A stretch of DNA of 32,000 nucleotides from Rhodobacter capsulatus SB 1003 (GCF_000021865.1 NC_014034.1:3420001-3452000); one strand, 5' to 3'. Counted from the stretch's first letter, positions 18,156 to 25,875 are shown. The notes: generated by a model not told the origin, from the sequence alone. A program made the numbers and translations.

Positions 18156-19697
18156 TCACTCTTCCTCGGGGGCAAGCGTCAGCGCCGCGGTGCCCGCGGG
18201 CAGATCGTCGATGCCGAGCGGCGCCGAGGGCCGCGCCAGCATCGCCTTGGTGATCCACAAGAGCCGGTGTTCGGCGCGGGTGATCGCCACATAGGCGAGC
18301 CGCTTCCACAGCGGAATCCCGGCTTCCGAGCGCCCGGTGCGGAAGGCGGCATAGATGTCGGGGGCAAAGACCTGCACATCGGGCCATTGGCTGCCCTGCG
18401 CCTTGTGGATGGTGACGGCGGCGCCATGCAGGAAGGTCGCCCCCATCCGCGCCGCAAAGGGGATGAAGGGCTCTTCCTCGTCCGGCATCTCGATCTTGAC
18501 GATCGAGGCGGCGGACAGCCGCGGGTCCTCGGCGCCGATCACATGCAGCCGCGAAAAGCCGGGCTTGCGGCCGGGACCCAGATAGATCACCTGCGCCCCC
18601 TTGATCAGGCCGCGGGCCTCAAGGTCGATGCGCTTCTTGCGGTGCTTGAGCGGCAATTCGATGCCGTCGCAGATCAAGGGCTCGCCGGGCAAAAGCGCAT
18701 CGGCGGGGGCGCCATGGGCATTGCGAAACGCCTGAATGAGCCGGATCCGGGTCGCATTGCGCCAGACCAGAACCGGCGAGCGCGCCATCAGATCGCTTTC
18801 CACCCGCTCGGCCCGCACCACGCGCGGGTCACGCCGGGCGGCCTCTTCCACCATCCGTTCAAACGCATAGAAATCAAGGCTCTCATCGGCGAGGGCATGC
18901 GCCAGATCAAGGATCGGGTTGTCATCGGCCTGACGGTGGATGCGGTGCAGCGCATGCACCGAGGCCTCGGGCAGGCGCTCGAAGCTCATGTGGCCGGACT
19001 GGTTCACCGGCGCGAGCTGCGCCGGATCGCCGAACAAGACCAGCGTCGGGAAGATTTCCTTCAGATCGTCGAACTGGCGCTCGTCCAGCATCGAGGCCTC
19101 GTCGACAAAACCGATGTCGAGCGGGTCTTCGCGCCGCTTCCAGCCGGAAATGAAATCCGACCCGCGCAGCCCCGCCGCAGCCAAAGCCCCGGGGATCGAC
19201 TTGTTCGTCTCGTAGAACGCTTTTGCGCGGTCGAGCGCCAGATCGGTCAGCCCCTCGATGCGCAGAAGGTCAAGGTTCGGCCGCTCGCCCTGCCCCGCCA
19301 GCCATTCCGCGATCGCCTCATATTCCGGGTGATAGACCGGGGTATAAAGGATGCGGTGAATGGTGGTCGCAGGCACCCCGCGCGAGCGCAGCACCGAAGC
19401 CGCCTTGTTCGTCGGCGCGAGGATCGCCAGCGTGCGCCGGTCCTTGCGCCGCTTGCCCTCCCAATCGCCCGAAACCAGCTCGACGCCCGCGGCCTCCAGC
19501 GCCTTGTAAAGCTCGGCCAGAAGCAGGGTCTTGCCCGAGCCAGCCTTGCCGATCACCGCCATCACCGAGGGCTCCCCGCCCTCGGGCATCACCGTGCCGT
19601 CAAGCAGATCGACCCCCGCGCGCTCCAGCGCGGCGGCGACGGCATCCCAGGCTTCGGCCTGATCTTCGGAGAAAGTGACGGTGGCAGGCAGGCTCAT
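18156..19697 (-). CDS. RecD/Dda-like superfamily 1 DNA helicase (AAA_30 + UvrD_C_2 type)
   Basis: The ATG at 19697 gives MSLPATVTFSEDQAEAWDAV... (513 aa). SF1 motifs: I VIGKAGSGKT, Ia ILAPTNKAA, II FVDEASML, III LFGDPAQLAPV, and V/VI TIHKAQGSQW and AYVAITRA. Confidence 0.85.
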   Translation of the reverse strand: MSLPATVTFSEDQAEAWDAVAAALERAGVDLLDGTVMPEGGEPSVMAVIGKAGSGKTLLLAELYKALEAAGVELVSGDWEGKRRKDRRTLAILAPTNKAASVLRSRGVPATTIHRILYTPVYHPEYEAIAEWLAGQGERPNLDLLRIEGLTDLALDRAKAFYETNKSIPGALAAAGLRGSDFISGWKRREDPLDIGFVDEASMLDERQFDDLKEIFPTLVLFGDPAQLAPVNQSGHMSFERLPEASVHALHRIHRQADDNPILDLAHALADESLDFYAFERMVEEAARRDPRVVRAERVESDLMARSPVLVWRNATRIRLIQAFRNAHGAPADALLPGEPLICDGIELPLKHRKKRIDLEARGLIKGAQVIYLGPGRKPGFSRLHVIGAEDPRLSAASIVKIEMPDEEEPFIPFAARMGATFLHGAAVTIHKAQGSQWPDVQVFAPDIYAAFRTGRSEAGIPLWKRLAYVAITRAEHRLLWITKAMLARPSAPLGIDDLPAGTAALTLAPEEE

Positions 19698-19768
19698 GGC
19701 GGCGACCCTACACGGCGCGACCAGCTTTCGAAAGACAGGAATTCGGCCTGCGGCCGATGCCTCCGGCG

Positions 19769-19823
19769 GGGATATTTGGGGCAAGATAAAGGGGCTTTGC
19801 TTTTATCTTTCCCCAAATATCCC
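19769..19823. repeat. 55-bp AT-rich near-perfect inverted repeat (22-nt arms, 11-nt loop)
   Basis: The left arm is GGGATATTTGGGGCAAGATAAA (19769-19790). The right arm is TTTATCTTTCCCCAAATATCCC (19802-19823), whose reverse complement is GGGATATTTGGGGAAAGATAAA. That gives 21 of 22 arm positions complementary. Confidence 0.8.
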
Positions 19824-19827
19824 GGGG

Positions 19828-19850
19828 GTGCGGGGGCAGAGCCCCCGCGC
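19828..19850 (-). terminator. GC-rich hairpin downstream of ecm (candidate terminator)
   Basis: GCGGGGGC-AGA-GCCCCCGC lies 10 nt after the ecm stop. On the minus strand it is followed by ACCCCCGGGATATTT, which is only a weak U-tract. Confidence 0.45.
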
Positions 19851-19859
19851 CGCCACGGT

Positions 19860-21833
19860 TCACGCCGCGACCGTCTCCGGGGTCGCCAGCGCGACGATAT
19901 CCATCATGATCCGGTTCAGCTCGAAATCCTTCGGCGTATAGACCCGGGCCACGCCCATCGCCTTCAGCTTTACCGCATCTTCCTCGGGGATGATGCCGCC
20001 GACGCAGACCGGAATATGGTCCAGCCCCACCGCGCGCATCCGCTCCATCACCTCGGAGATCAGCGGCAGATGCGAGCCCGACAGGATCGACAGGCCGATC
20101 ACATGCACCTCTTCGGCGGCGGCCTGGGTCACGATCTGCTCGGGCGTCAGGCGGATGCCCTCATAGGTGATGTCCATGCCGCAATCGCGGGCGCGGAAGG
20201 CGATCTGTTCGGCGCCGTTGCTATGCCCGTCCAGCCCCGGCTTGCCGACGAGGAATTTCAGCCGCCGCCCCAGTTTCGACGACACCGCATCGACCGCGGC
20301 GCGGATATCCTCCAGCCCCTCGGTCCGGTTCGACGGGCTGCGCGAGACCCCGGTGGGGCCGCGATATTCGCCATGGACGGCGCGCATCACCCCCGCCCAT
20401 TCGCCGGTCGTCGCCCCCGCCTTCGCCGCCGCGATCGAGGCCGGCATGATGTTCTTGCCCGCCGCCGCATCGGCGCGGAGTTGCTCCAGCGCCACTGCCA
20501 CCGCCACCGCATCGCGCGACGCCCGCCAGGCCTGCAGCCGGGCGATCTGATCGGCCTCCACCGCCGGATCGACGGTCATGATGCCGCCATCCGAGCCGAC
20601 CAGCGGCGAGGGCTCCGCCTCGGTCCAGCGGTTCACGCCGACGATCGTGGTCTCGCCGGTCTCGATATTGCCGACGCGGGCGGCGTTGCTGTCGACCAGA
20701 CGCGCCTTCATGTAGTCGATCGCCGCAATCGCGCCGCCCATCGCGTCGAGGGTTTCCAGCTCCTGCCGGGCCCCCGCCTTCAGGCTTTCGACCTTGGCCG
20801 TCACCACCGGGTTGCCGTCGAAAAGATCGCCATATTCCAGCAGGTCGGTTTCATAGGCCATGATCTGCTGCATGCGCAGCGACCATTGCTGATCCCAGGG
20901 CCGCGGCAGGCCCAGCGCCTCGTTCCAGGCCGGAAGCTGCACCGCCCGCGCGCGCGCATTCTTCGACAGCGTCACCGCCAGCATCTCGATGAGAATCCGA
21001 TAGACGTTGTTTTCCGGCTGCTGCTCGGTCAGACCAAGGCTGTTCACCTGCACGCCATAGCGGAAGCGGCGGTATTTTTCCTCGGCGATGCCGTAACGCT
21101 CGCGGCAGATTTCGTCCCACAGCTCGGTGAAGGCGCGCATCTTGCACATTTCGGTGACGAAGCGGATCCCCGCATTCACGAAAAACGAAATCCGCCCCAC
21201 CATCGCCGGGAATTCCGCCGCCGGAACCTTGCCCTTGAGGTCATCCAGAACCGCAATGCCGGTGGCCAGCGCAAAGGCCAGCTCCTGCTCCGGCGTCGCC
21301 CCCGCTTCCTGCAGGTGATAGGAACAGACGTTCATCGGGTTCCATTTCGGCAGGTTCTGCGCCGTATAGGCCGCGACATCGGTGATCATCGTCAGGGACG
21401 GTTTCGGCGGGCAGATATAGGTTCCGCGCGACAGATATTCCTTGACCAGATCGTTCTGCACCGTGCCCTGCAGCTTCGAGATATCGGCGCCCTGTTCCTC
21501 GGCCACGGCGATGTAAAGCGACAAAAGCCACGGCGCGGGCGCGTTGATCGTCATCGAGGTGTTCATCTGCTCGAGCGGGATCTGGTCGAACAGCGTGCGC
21601 ATGTCGCCCAGATGGCAGACCGGCACGCCGACCTTGCCCACCTCGCCACGCGCCAGAACGTGGTCGCTGTCATAGCCCGTCTGCGTCGGCAGATCGAAGG
21701 CCACCGACAGACCCGTCTGCCCCTTGGCCAGGTTGGTGCGGTAAAGCGCGTTCGATTTCGCCGCCGTCGAGTGACCCGCATAGGTGCGGAACAGCCAGGG
21801 GTGATCCTTCTTGGGCTTGGTCGTCTCGGTCAT
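19860..21833 (-). CDS. ecm: Ethylmalonyl-CoA mutase (MeaA/Ecm; B12-dependent acyl-CoA mutase, single-polypeptide type)
   Basis: The ATG at 21833 is preceded by GGAGG and gives MTETTKPKKDHPWLFRTYAGHSTAAKSNALYRTNLAKGQTGLSVAFDLPTQTGYDSDH (657 aa). The C-terminal B12-binding motif is GLDGHSNGAEQI. It is divergent from ccr, as in ethylmalonyl-CoA pathway organisms. Confidence 0.87.
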   Translation of the reverse strand: MTETTKPKKDHPWLFRTYAGHSTAAKSNALYRTNLAKGQTGLSVAFDLPTQTGYDSDHVLARGEVGKVGVPVCHLGDMRTLFDQIPLEQMNTSMTINAPAPWLLSLYIAVAEEQGADISKLQGTVQNDLVKEYLSRGTYICPPKPSLTMITDVAAYTAQNLPKWNPMNVCSYHLQEAGATPEQELAFALATGIAVLDDLKGKVPAAEFPAMVGRISFFVNAGIRFVTEMCKMRAFTELWDEICRERYGIAEEKYRRFRYGVQVNSLGLTEQQPENNVYRILIEMLAVTLSKNARARAVQLPAWNEALGLPRPWDQQWSLRMQQIMAYETDLLEYGDLFDGNPVVTAKVESLKAGARQELETLDAMGGAIAAIDYMKARLVDSNAARVGNIETGETTIVGVNRWTEAEPSPLVGSDGGIMTVDPAVEADQIARLQAWRASRDAVAVAVALEQLRADAAAGKNIMPASIAAAKAGATTGEWAGVMRAVHGEYRGPTGVSRSPSNRTEGLEDIRAAVDAVSSKLGRRLKFLVGKPGLDGHSNGAEQIAFRARDCGMDITYEGIRLTPEQIVTQAAAEEVHVIGLSILSGSHLPLISEVMERMRAVGLDHIPVCVGGIIPEEDAVKLKAMGVARVYTPKDFELNRIMMDIVALATPETVAA

Positions 21834-22042
21834 GGCGGCCTCCGGCGTCGATTCTGATTTCGCAAGAATGTTGCTTTGATTGCCCTGATATGCGAAAGAA
21901 TGTGTCCCTGTCAATTCGCCGCAGTGCGGCAAGACGGCAAGGGAAAATCTGCGCGGCCTTGCAACACGGCGCTTGCCGCCCATCACGTTTCTGTCATCCT
22001 TGCGGCGATGGCGCGCGACGCCATCCACACAGGGGGAAGAAC

Positions 22043-22375
22043 ATGTTCCACAAAAGACTTGTGACTGCGCTGGCCTTTGCGGCCATCGTGGGGTCGATTG
22101 CCTCGCCGGGTTGGGCGCTGAACCGTCACGTGACGGTCGTGAACAACACCGGGTTCACCATGGTGAAATTCTACGGCTCGAACACCGGCTCCGAAAATTG
22201 GGAGGAAGACATTCTCGGCGAAGACGTGCTGCCCTCGGGCTCGTCGGTCGACATCAATTTCGACGACGACTCGGGCTATTGCAAGTTCGACTTCAAGGCC
22301 GTCTTCGAAGATGGCGACGAACTGGTGCGCCAGAACGTCAACGTCTGCGAAGTCGCCACCTTCACCTACAACTGA
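22043..22375 (+). CDS. Small secreted protein of unknown function (110 aa, two Cys)
   Basis: The ATG at 22043 is preceded by AGGGGGA. The signal peptide is MFHKRLVTALAFAAIVGSIASPGWA. The mature part is about 85 aa, acidic and beta-rich, with two Cys (GYCKFDF and NVCEV). GC3 looks native. I recognise no family. Confidence 0.62.
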   Translation: MFHKRLVTALAFAAIVGSIASPGWALNRHVTVVNNTGFTMVKFYGSNTGSENWEEDILGEDVLPSGSSVDINFDDDSGYCKFDFKAVFEDGDELVRQNVNVCEVATFTYN

Positions 22376-22474
22376 GCCCCCGGGGCTTTGACGGCCGCGC
22401 CTGGGGTGCGGCCGTCTGTCCCGGAAATGCTGCATTCGCTCGGTCATAAAATTTCAAAAACCCAACGTCACCAA

Positions 22475-22503
22475 TTGCATTGTTGCGCAGCCAAGTTTAA
22501 TTA
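22475..22503 (+). promoter_or_regulatory. Candidate sigma-70 promoter for ccr (TTGCAT-N17-TAATTA)
   Basis: TTGCAT at 22475-22480 and TAATTA at 22498-22503, in the most AT-rich stretch upstream of ccr. Pattern match only. Confidence 0.33.
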
Positions 22504-22553
22504 CTCCTCGGAGCCCGGTTGATTCTGCACCGCGGCGAGAACAGGAGACGCTG

Positions 22554-23846
22554 ATGGCCCTCGATCAGAACACCGGCATCGCGCCTTATGAGGCGCCCGA
22601 GAAAGACCTTTACGAAATCGGCGAGATGCCGCCCTTGGGCTATGTGCCCAAGAACATGTACGCTTGGGCAATCCGCCGCGAGCGTCACGGCGAGCCCGAA
22701 CAGTCGTTTCAGGTCGAGGTGGTGCCGACCTGGGAGATCGACAGCCACGAGGTTCTGGTGCTGGTGATGGCCGCGGGCGTGAACTACAATGGCGTCTGGG
22801 CGGGTCTGGGCGTGCCGATCTCGCCCTTTGACGGCCACAAGCAGCCCTATCACATCGCGGGCTCGGATGCGTCCGGCATCGTCTGGAAGGTGGGGTCGAA
22901 GGTCAAGGGCTGGAAGGTCGGCGACGAGGTGGTGATCCACTGCAACCAGGACGATGGCGACGACGAGGAATGCAACGGCGGCGATCCGATGTTCTCGCCC
23001 AGCCAGCGGATCTGGGGCTACGAGACGAACGACGGCAGCTTCGCGCAATTCACCCGGGTGCAGGCGCAGCAGCTGATGCGGCGTCCGCCGCATCTGACCT
23101 GGGAGGAATCGGCCTGCTACACGCTGACCTTGGCCACCGCCTATCGGATGCTGTTCGGCCATCCGCCGCATGACCTGCAGCCCGGTCAGAACGTGCTGGT
23201 CTGGGGCGCCTCGGGCGGGCTTGGCAGCTTCGCCATCCAGCTGATCAACGCGGCGGGCGGCAATGCGATCGGCGTGATCTCGGACGAGGACAAGCGCGAC
23301 TTCGTCATGGGGCTGGGCGCCAAGGGCGTGATCAACCGCAAGGATTTCAAGTGCTGGGGCCAGCTGCCCAAGGTCAACACGCCGGAATACAACGACTGGC
23401 TGAAAGAGGCCCGCAAGTTCGGCAAGGCGATCTGGGACATCACCGGCAAGGGCGTGAACGTCGACATGGTGTTCGAGCATCCGGGCGAAGCGACCTTCCC
23501 GGTCAGCTCGCTGGTGTGCAAAAAGGGCGGCATGGTGGTGATCTGCGCCGGCACCTCGGGGTTCAACTGCACCTTTGACGTGCGCTACATGTGGATGCAC
23601 CAGAAGCGCCTGCAGGGCAGCCACTTCGCGCATCTGAAACAGGCGGCCTCGGCGAACCGGCTGATGCTGGAACGGCGGCTGGACCCCTGCATGTCCGAGG
23701 TCTTCCCCTGGGCGGAAATCCCGAAAGCGCATACGAAAATGCTGCGCAACCAGCACAAGCCGGGCAACATGGCGGTGCTGGTGCAGGCGCCGACGACCGG
23801 GCTGCGCACCTTTGAAGATGCGCTCGAAGCCGGGCCGAAAGCTTAA
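22554..23846 (+). CDS. ccr: Crotonyl-CoA carboxylase/reductase
   Basis: 430 aa MDR-family enzyme with the characteristic Ccr N-terminus MALDQNTGIAPYEAPEKDLYEIGEMPPLGYVPKNMYAWAIRRERHGEP. The NADPH motif is VWGASGGLGSFAIQL. SD AGGAGA is present, and the gene lies next to ecm. Confidence 0.93.
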   Translation: MALDQNTGIAPYEAPEKDLYEIGEMPPLGYVPKNMYAWAIRRERHGEPEQSFQVEVVPTWEIDSHEVLVLVMAAGVNYNGVWAGLGVPISPFDGHKQPYHIAGSDASGIVWKVGSKVKGWKVGDEVVIHCNQDDGDDEECNGGDPMFSPSQRIWGYETNDGSFAQFTRVQAQQLMRRPPHLTWEESACYTLTLATAYRMLFGHPPHDLQPGQNVLVWGASGGLGSFAIQLINAAGGNAIGVISDEDKRDFVMGLGAKGVINRKDFKCWGQLPKVNTPEYNDWLKEARKFGKAIWDITGKGVNVDMVFEHPGEATFPVSSLVCKKGGMVVICAGTSGFNCTFDVRYMWMHQKRLQGSHFAHLKQAASANRLMLERRLDPCMSEVFPWAEIPKAHTKMLRNQHKPGNMAVLVQAPTTGLRTFEDALEAGPKA

Positions 23847-23866
23847 GTTTCCTCCGAAACGCTTGT

Positions 23867-23893
23867 GAACCCCGCGCCCTCTGGCGCGGGTTT
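23867..23893 (+). terminator. Rho-independent terminator after ccr
   Basis: A 10-bp stem AACCCGCGCC / GGCGCGGGTT with a CCTCT loop runs into TTTTG, about 20 nt after the ccr stop. Confidence 0.62.
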
Positions 23894-23986
23894 TGCATGT
23901 CTGCCATGCGTTAAATCATCATAGTTTAGGTATTCCTTGACCGGCGCCCTCCTGCGCGTCATGCTTGGACGAAGCGGGGGGCAATC

Positions 23987-25204
23987 GTGCAACGGATGGT
24001 CAGGGACGAGGCGGACAGCGCGAAGATCGGCACCGACCATTCGGCGATGCGGGCCCGCAACGAGCGGCTGGTGCTGTCGCTGATCCGCCGTCACGGGGCC
24101 TTGGCGAAATCCGAAATCGCGCGGCTGACCGGGCTTTCGGCGCAGACCGTTTCGGTGATCATGCGCGGGCTGGAGGCCGCCGGGCTTCTGACCCGTCAGG
24201 CGCCGGTGCGCGGCAAGGTCGGCCAGCCCACGGTGCCGATGTCGCTGGCGCCCGAGGGGGCGCTGTTTCTGGGTCTCAAGGTCGGGCGGCGCCGGACCGA
24301 GATGGTGCTGATCGATTTCCTCGGCCAGGTCCGCGGCGCGCGGGTGATGCGGCATGACTACCCGACCCCCGATGGCGTTCTGGACTTTGCCCGCCGCTCG
24401 GTCGGTGCGCTGACCGACCCCCTGCCCGAGGATTTGTACAAGCGCATTCAAGGGCTTGGCATCGGCCTGCCGTTCCAGCTCTGGGACTGGGCGGGCACGC
24501 TTGGCCTTGCCTTCAACGCGATGGACGATTGGCGCCACCGCGATATCCGCGCCGAGCTGGCGCTGGAAATGCCCTGGCCGGTGCTGTTGGAAAACGACGC
24601 CTCGGCCGCCTGCAATGCCGAACTGATTTTCGGCAAGGGCCGCCTGCCCAAGGATTTCGTCTATGCCTTCCTTGGCTTCTTCGTCGGGGGCGGGCTGGTG
24701 CTGGGCGGCTCGATGTTTGCGGGCCACAGCGGCAATGCCGGGGCGCTGGCCTCGACCCCGGTGCCCGACGGCAAGGGCGGCGCGCGGCAGCTGGTCGAGG
24801 TGGCCTCGCTTTCCGCACTGGAACGGGCGCTGGCGGCGCGGGGGCAAAGCGGGGCGTTCCTGTGGGAATCCGCCCCGGATTGGGAATTGGACGAGGAGAT
24901 CGTCGCCCCCTGGCTGGCCGAGGCGGCCAAAGGGCTGGCCCATGTCGCGGCTTCGGCCGGGGCCCTGTGCGATCTGCAGGCGATGGTGATCGACGGCTGG
25001 CTGCCGGACCGGCTGCGCACCCGGCTGATCGCGGCGATCGAGACGGAGCTGGACCGCATCGACCTGTCGGGCATGACGCGGCCGCGGATCCTGGCGGGCA
25101 CGGCGGGGCCGCAGGCCCGCGCGCTGGGGGCAGCAAGCCTGCCTTTGTCGGCAAAATTCCTGGTCGAATTCGCCGCGCTGCCCGACGTGCCGGATCGCGA
25201 CTAG
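23987..25204 (+). CDS. ROK-family transcriptional regulator (NagC/Mlc-like: wHTH + sugar-kinase-like domain)
   Basis: 405 aa. The GTG at 23987 follows GGGGGG. The N-terminal wHTH is RNERLVLSLIRRHGALAKSEIARLTGLSAQTVSVIMRGLEAAGLL, followed by a ROK fold (LENDASAACNAE, FFVGGGLVLGG). Confidence 0.85.
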   Translation: MQRMVRDEADSAKIGTDHSAMRARNERLVLSLIRRHGALAKSEIARLTGLSAQTVSVIMRGLEAAGLLTRQAPVRGKVGQPTVPMSLAPEGALFLGLKVGRRRTEMVLIDFLGQVRGARVMRHDYPTPDGVLDFARRSVGALTDPLPEDLYKRIQGLGIGLPFQLWDWAGTLGLAFNAMDDWRHRDIRAELALEMPWPVLLENDASAACNAELIFGKGRLPKDFVYAFLGFFVGGGLVLGGSMFAGHSGNAGALASTPVPDGKGGARQLVEVASLSALERALAARGQSGAFLWESAPDWELDEEIVAPWLAEAAKGLAHVAASAGALCDLQAMVIDGWLPDRLRTRLIAAIETELDRIDLSGMTRPRILAGTAGPQARALGAASLPLSAKFLVEFAALPDVPDRD

Positions 25205-25875
25205 GCCGCAAGGCCCCGCATCGCGACGATCTGCCCGACAGCGCGGTGCAGCGGCACGGTGCGGAACATGTCGGCCAGCATGCGGAAATCGGCCAGAACC
25301 CCCGCCAGACGGCCGCGTTTCGCCCCTTTCCACGGGCTGGCGACCTCGGGCCAGCGCACGATGGCCAGCCGCGCCCGCGCCGCGATCAGACGGCGGTTCA
25401 GGTGCATTTCCAGCCCGAAGCGCGGCAGCGCCCGCAGCGCCTGCGGCTCGCCGATCAGCGCCCGGCGCAACACCCGCTCGCCCGAGATGTAGTCGAGCCC
25501 GATCAGCCGCCACGGCCAGGGCGCATTGCCGCGCAGCGAGATCGCCACATCGGCCCGCCCCGCCTGCACCGGCGCGATCAGCGCGGCAATCGCCTCGGGC
25601 GCCAGTCCCAGAAGATCGCTGTCCAGAAGCAGGATCAGCTCGTGATGCGCCGCCTCGATGCCGACCGAGACCGCCCAGCTTTTGCCCCGGTTCGGGCTTT
25701 GCCGGATCAGCCGGATGCCGGGCACCTGCGCCGCCACCGCGGCGGTGCCGTCGCTCGATCCGTCATCGACGACGATCACCTCGTCGATCAGCGGGTGGCC
25801 GACGACGGTTTGCAGCACGGCGGCGATGCGCGGGGCCTCGTTATAAGCGGGAATGATGCAGGAAACGCCCATCAC
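25201..25875 (-). CDS. Family 2 glycosyltransferase (small, soluble-type)
   Basis: 224 aa, with SCIIPAYNEAPRIAAVL, VIVVDDGSSDGT and a DxD motif in LLLDSDLL. The start is GTG 25875 or ATG 25872, directly abutting the TAA stop (25876-25878) of the upstream GT21 gene. Confidence 0.85.
   Translation of the reverse strand: MMGVSCIIPAYNEAPRIAAVLQTVVGHPLIDEVIVVDDGSSDGTAAVAAQVPGIRLIRQSPNRGKSWAVSVGIEAAHHELILLLDSDLLGLAPEAIAALIAPVQAGRADVAISLRGNAPWPWRLIGLDYISGERVLRRALIGEPQALRALPRFGLEMHLNRRLIAARARLAIVRWPEVASPWKGAKRGRLAGVLADFRMLADMFRTVPLHRAVGQIVAMRGLAA

Noticed and set aside
17922-21857. Very long ORFs in the track that lie antisense to, or out of frame with, recognised genes. Examples: 1311 aa at 17922..21857 (+), 813 aa at 29291..31732 (-), 695 aa at 2408..4495 (+), 586 aa at 9931..11691 (-), 556 aa at 23843..25513 (-), 505 aa at 12986..14503 (-), 722 aa at 27877..30045 (+).
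   Set aside because: Their translations are Arg/Gly/Pro/Ala/His-rich low-complexity strings with no motifs. Each fully overlaps a gene with strong family signatures on the other strand or frame. Stop-codon depletion in roughly 67% GC DNA produces such ORFs routinely.
21876-22064. A 62-aa ORF in the ecm / secreted-protein intergenic region.
   Set aside because: It has no SD and a Cys/Arg-rich improbable sequence. It overlaps the better-supported start (SD plus signal peptide) of the 22043 gene in another frame.
22483-22495. The 13-mer TTGCGCAGCCAAG upstream of ccr recurs as its reverse complement (CTTGGCTGCGCAA) at 29887..29899, upstream of bioM/cydD.
   Set aside because: Among all position pairs on both strands of a 32-kb GC-biased window, several exact 13-mer matches are expected by chance. 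The genes are functionally unrelated, and the flanks do not align.
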